From: Eledone cirrhosa
Lineage: Eukaryota
Assembly (NCBI GenBank): GCA_964016885.1
Contig: OZ024742.1
Coordinates: 60,884,001 to 60,948,000 of the forward strand
Direction of reading: 5' to 3'
Length of the DNA stretch: 64,000 nt
Part shown: positions 63,084-64,000 of the stretch, piece after piece
How positions within the stretch are numbered: position 1 is the stretch's first letter
How the letters are laid out: each line of letters starts with the position of its first letter
The notes under the pieces: generated by a model
Databases searched by the model: none
Told to the model about the DNA's origin: nothing
What the model saw: the letters and a program-made list of their open reading frames with translations, nothing else
Program-made: the position numbers and the translations under genes

Positions 63084-63200
63084 TTATTCTGATGAAATGA
63101 CAGTAAATAATAACATTGAAATATTGAATGTCTGCATAACTAAAAGTTTGTAGATAGCTGTTTTAGGTTATGTAACTGTTATAGAAACACGTGTCAATAA
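63084..63200 (+). ncRNA. Type I hammerhead ribozyme, intact core, long stem II insertion
   Basis: TTATT-CTGATGA-A-ATGACAGT...ACTGTTAT-A-GAAAC-ACGT-GTC-AATAA. Stem III is the palindrome ACACGTGT; cleavage predicted after 63195. Confidence 0.85.
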
Positions 63201-63234
63201 ATTCCTTTCAACTAAACTGTATCCATTCAAATCT

Positions 63235-63328
<94 letters not shown>

Positions 63329-63436
63329 GCGTGTGTGTATACAAACATATATATATATAAACATATGTATAAATATATATATATAATACATATATATGTG
63401 CATACATATATACTATACATACATATATACGTATAT

Positions 63437-63509
<73 letters not shown>

Positions 63510-63812
63510 ACCAAATTATAAACGTAAACATGTAAGTATGTTTTTGAAACGGTGCGCGAGTTTGAAATTAGAAATTAGAAATTATAAGCTTTCACCGTAT
63601 TTTTAGACTAAAGAAATTTCTAGCCTGATAGCGGGGTTTATAACCCTCGGAGAAATAGAAAAAGATAAGTGTTGCCGTATATATATGTAAGAGGTGAGTT
63701 TAATTGTAGCACAATAAAGCAATGCAAATATCGGATAAGTAGCACTCTACAGTTTGTAGGACTGAAGTATAAATAATATAAGATCAAATGTTGATTAAAA
63801 GAATTCCAAGTA

Positions 63813-63879
63813 TTTTATTATGCGTATTTCAAAAACAAATATCATCATGGGATGATATCTGCGTTCTCATCAGATAAAA
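63813..63879 (-). ncRNA. Type I hammerhead ribozyme, AUA triplet
   Basis: Minus strand: TTTTAT-CTGATGA-GAAC-GCAGATATCATC-CCAT-GATGATATTTGT-TTTT-GAAAT-ACGC-ATA-ATAAAA. Confidence 0.75.
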
Positions 63880-64000
63880 TAGGAAGGCATGATATGAAGC
63901 TTAAAAAACACTTGTGAGCAGTGAAGTTTTAAATCAACATATGAAAAATATATTATGATGGACGTATGAGATTGGGAAAAAGTGCGGGGGAGGGGTGTTG

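Overview
AT-rich, microsatellite-laden eukaryotic DNA with no recognisable intact host gene. The SINE and microsatellite content suggests an octopod cephalopod (inference). Nearly all long ORFs belong to retroelements: Penelope-like element (PLE) fragments, a CRE-like fragment, and a 27-60.7 kb nest of five Tx1/L1-like LINEs (one intact, 38.1-44.2 kb) interleaved tail-to-tail with R4/Dong-like LINEs at (ATT)n/(TAA)n tracts. The most striking unannotated signal is a dense set of type I hammerhead ribozyme (HHR) motifs, found by eye. About seven have an intact core (4431, 12210, 17278, 17548, 61303, 63084, 63813) and several more are decayed. They come from different sequence families, mostly have palindromic stem III, sit next to (TA)n tracts, and often lie in long fold-back or direct repeats, like PLE pseudo-LTR or retrozyme-type units. 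All structures were derived by manual base-pairing; no searches were run.
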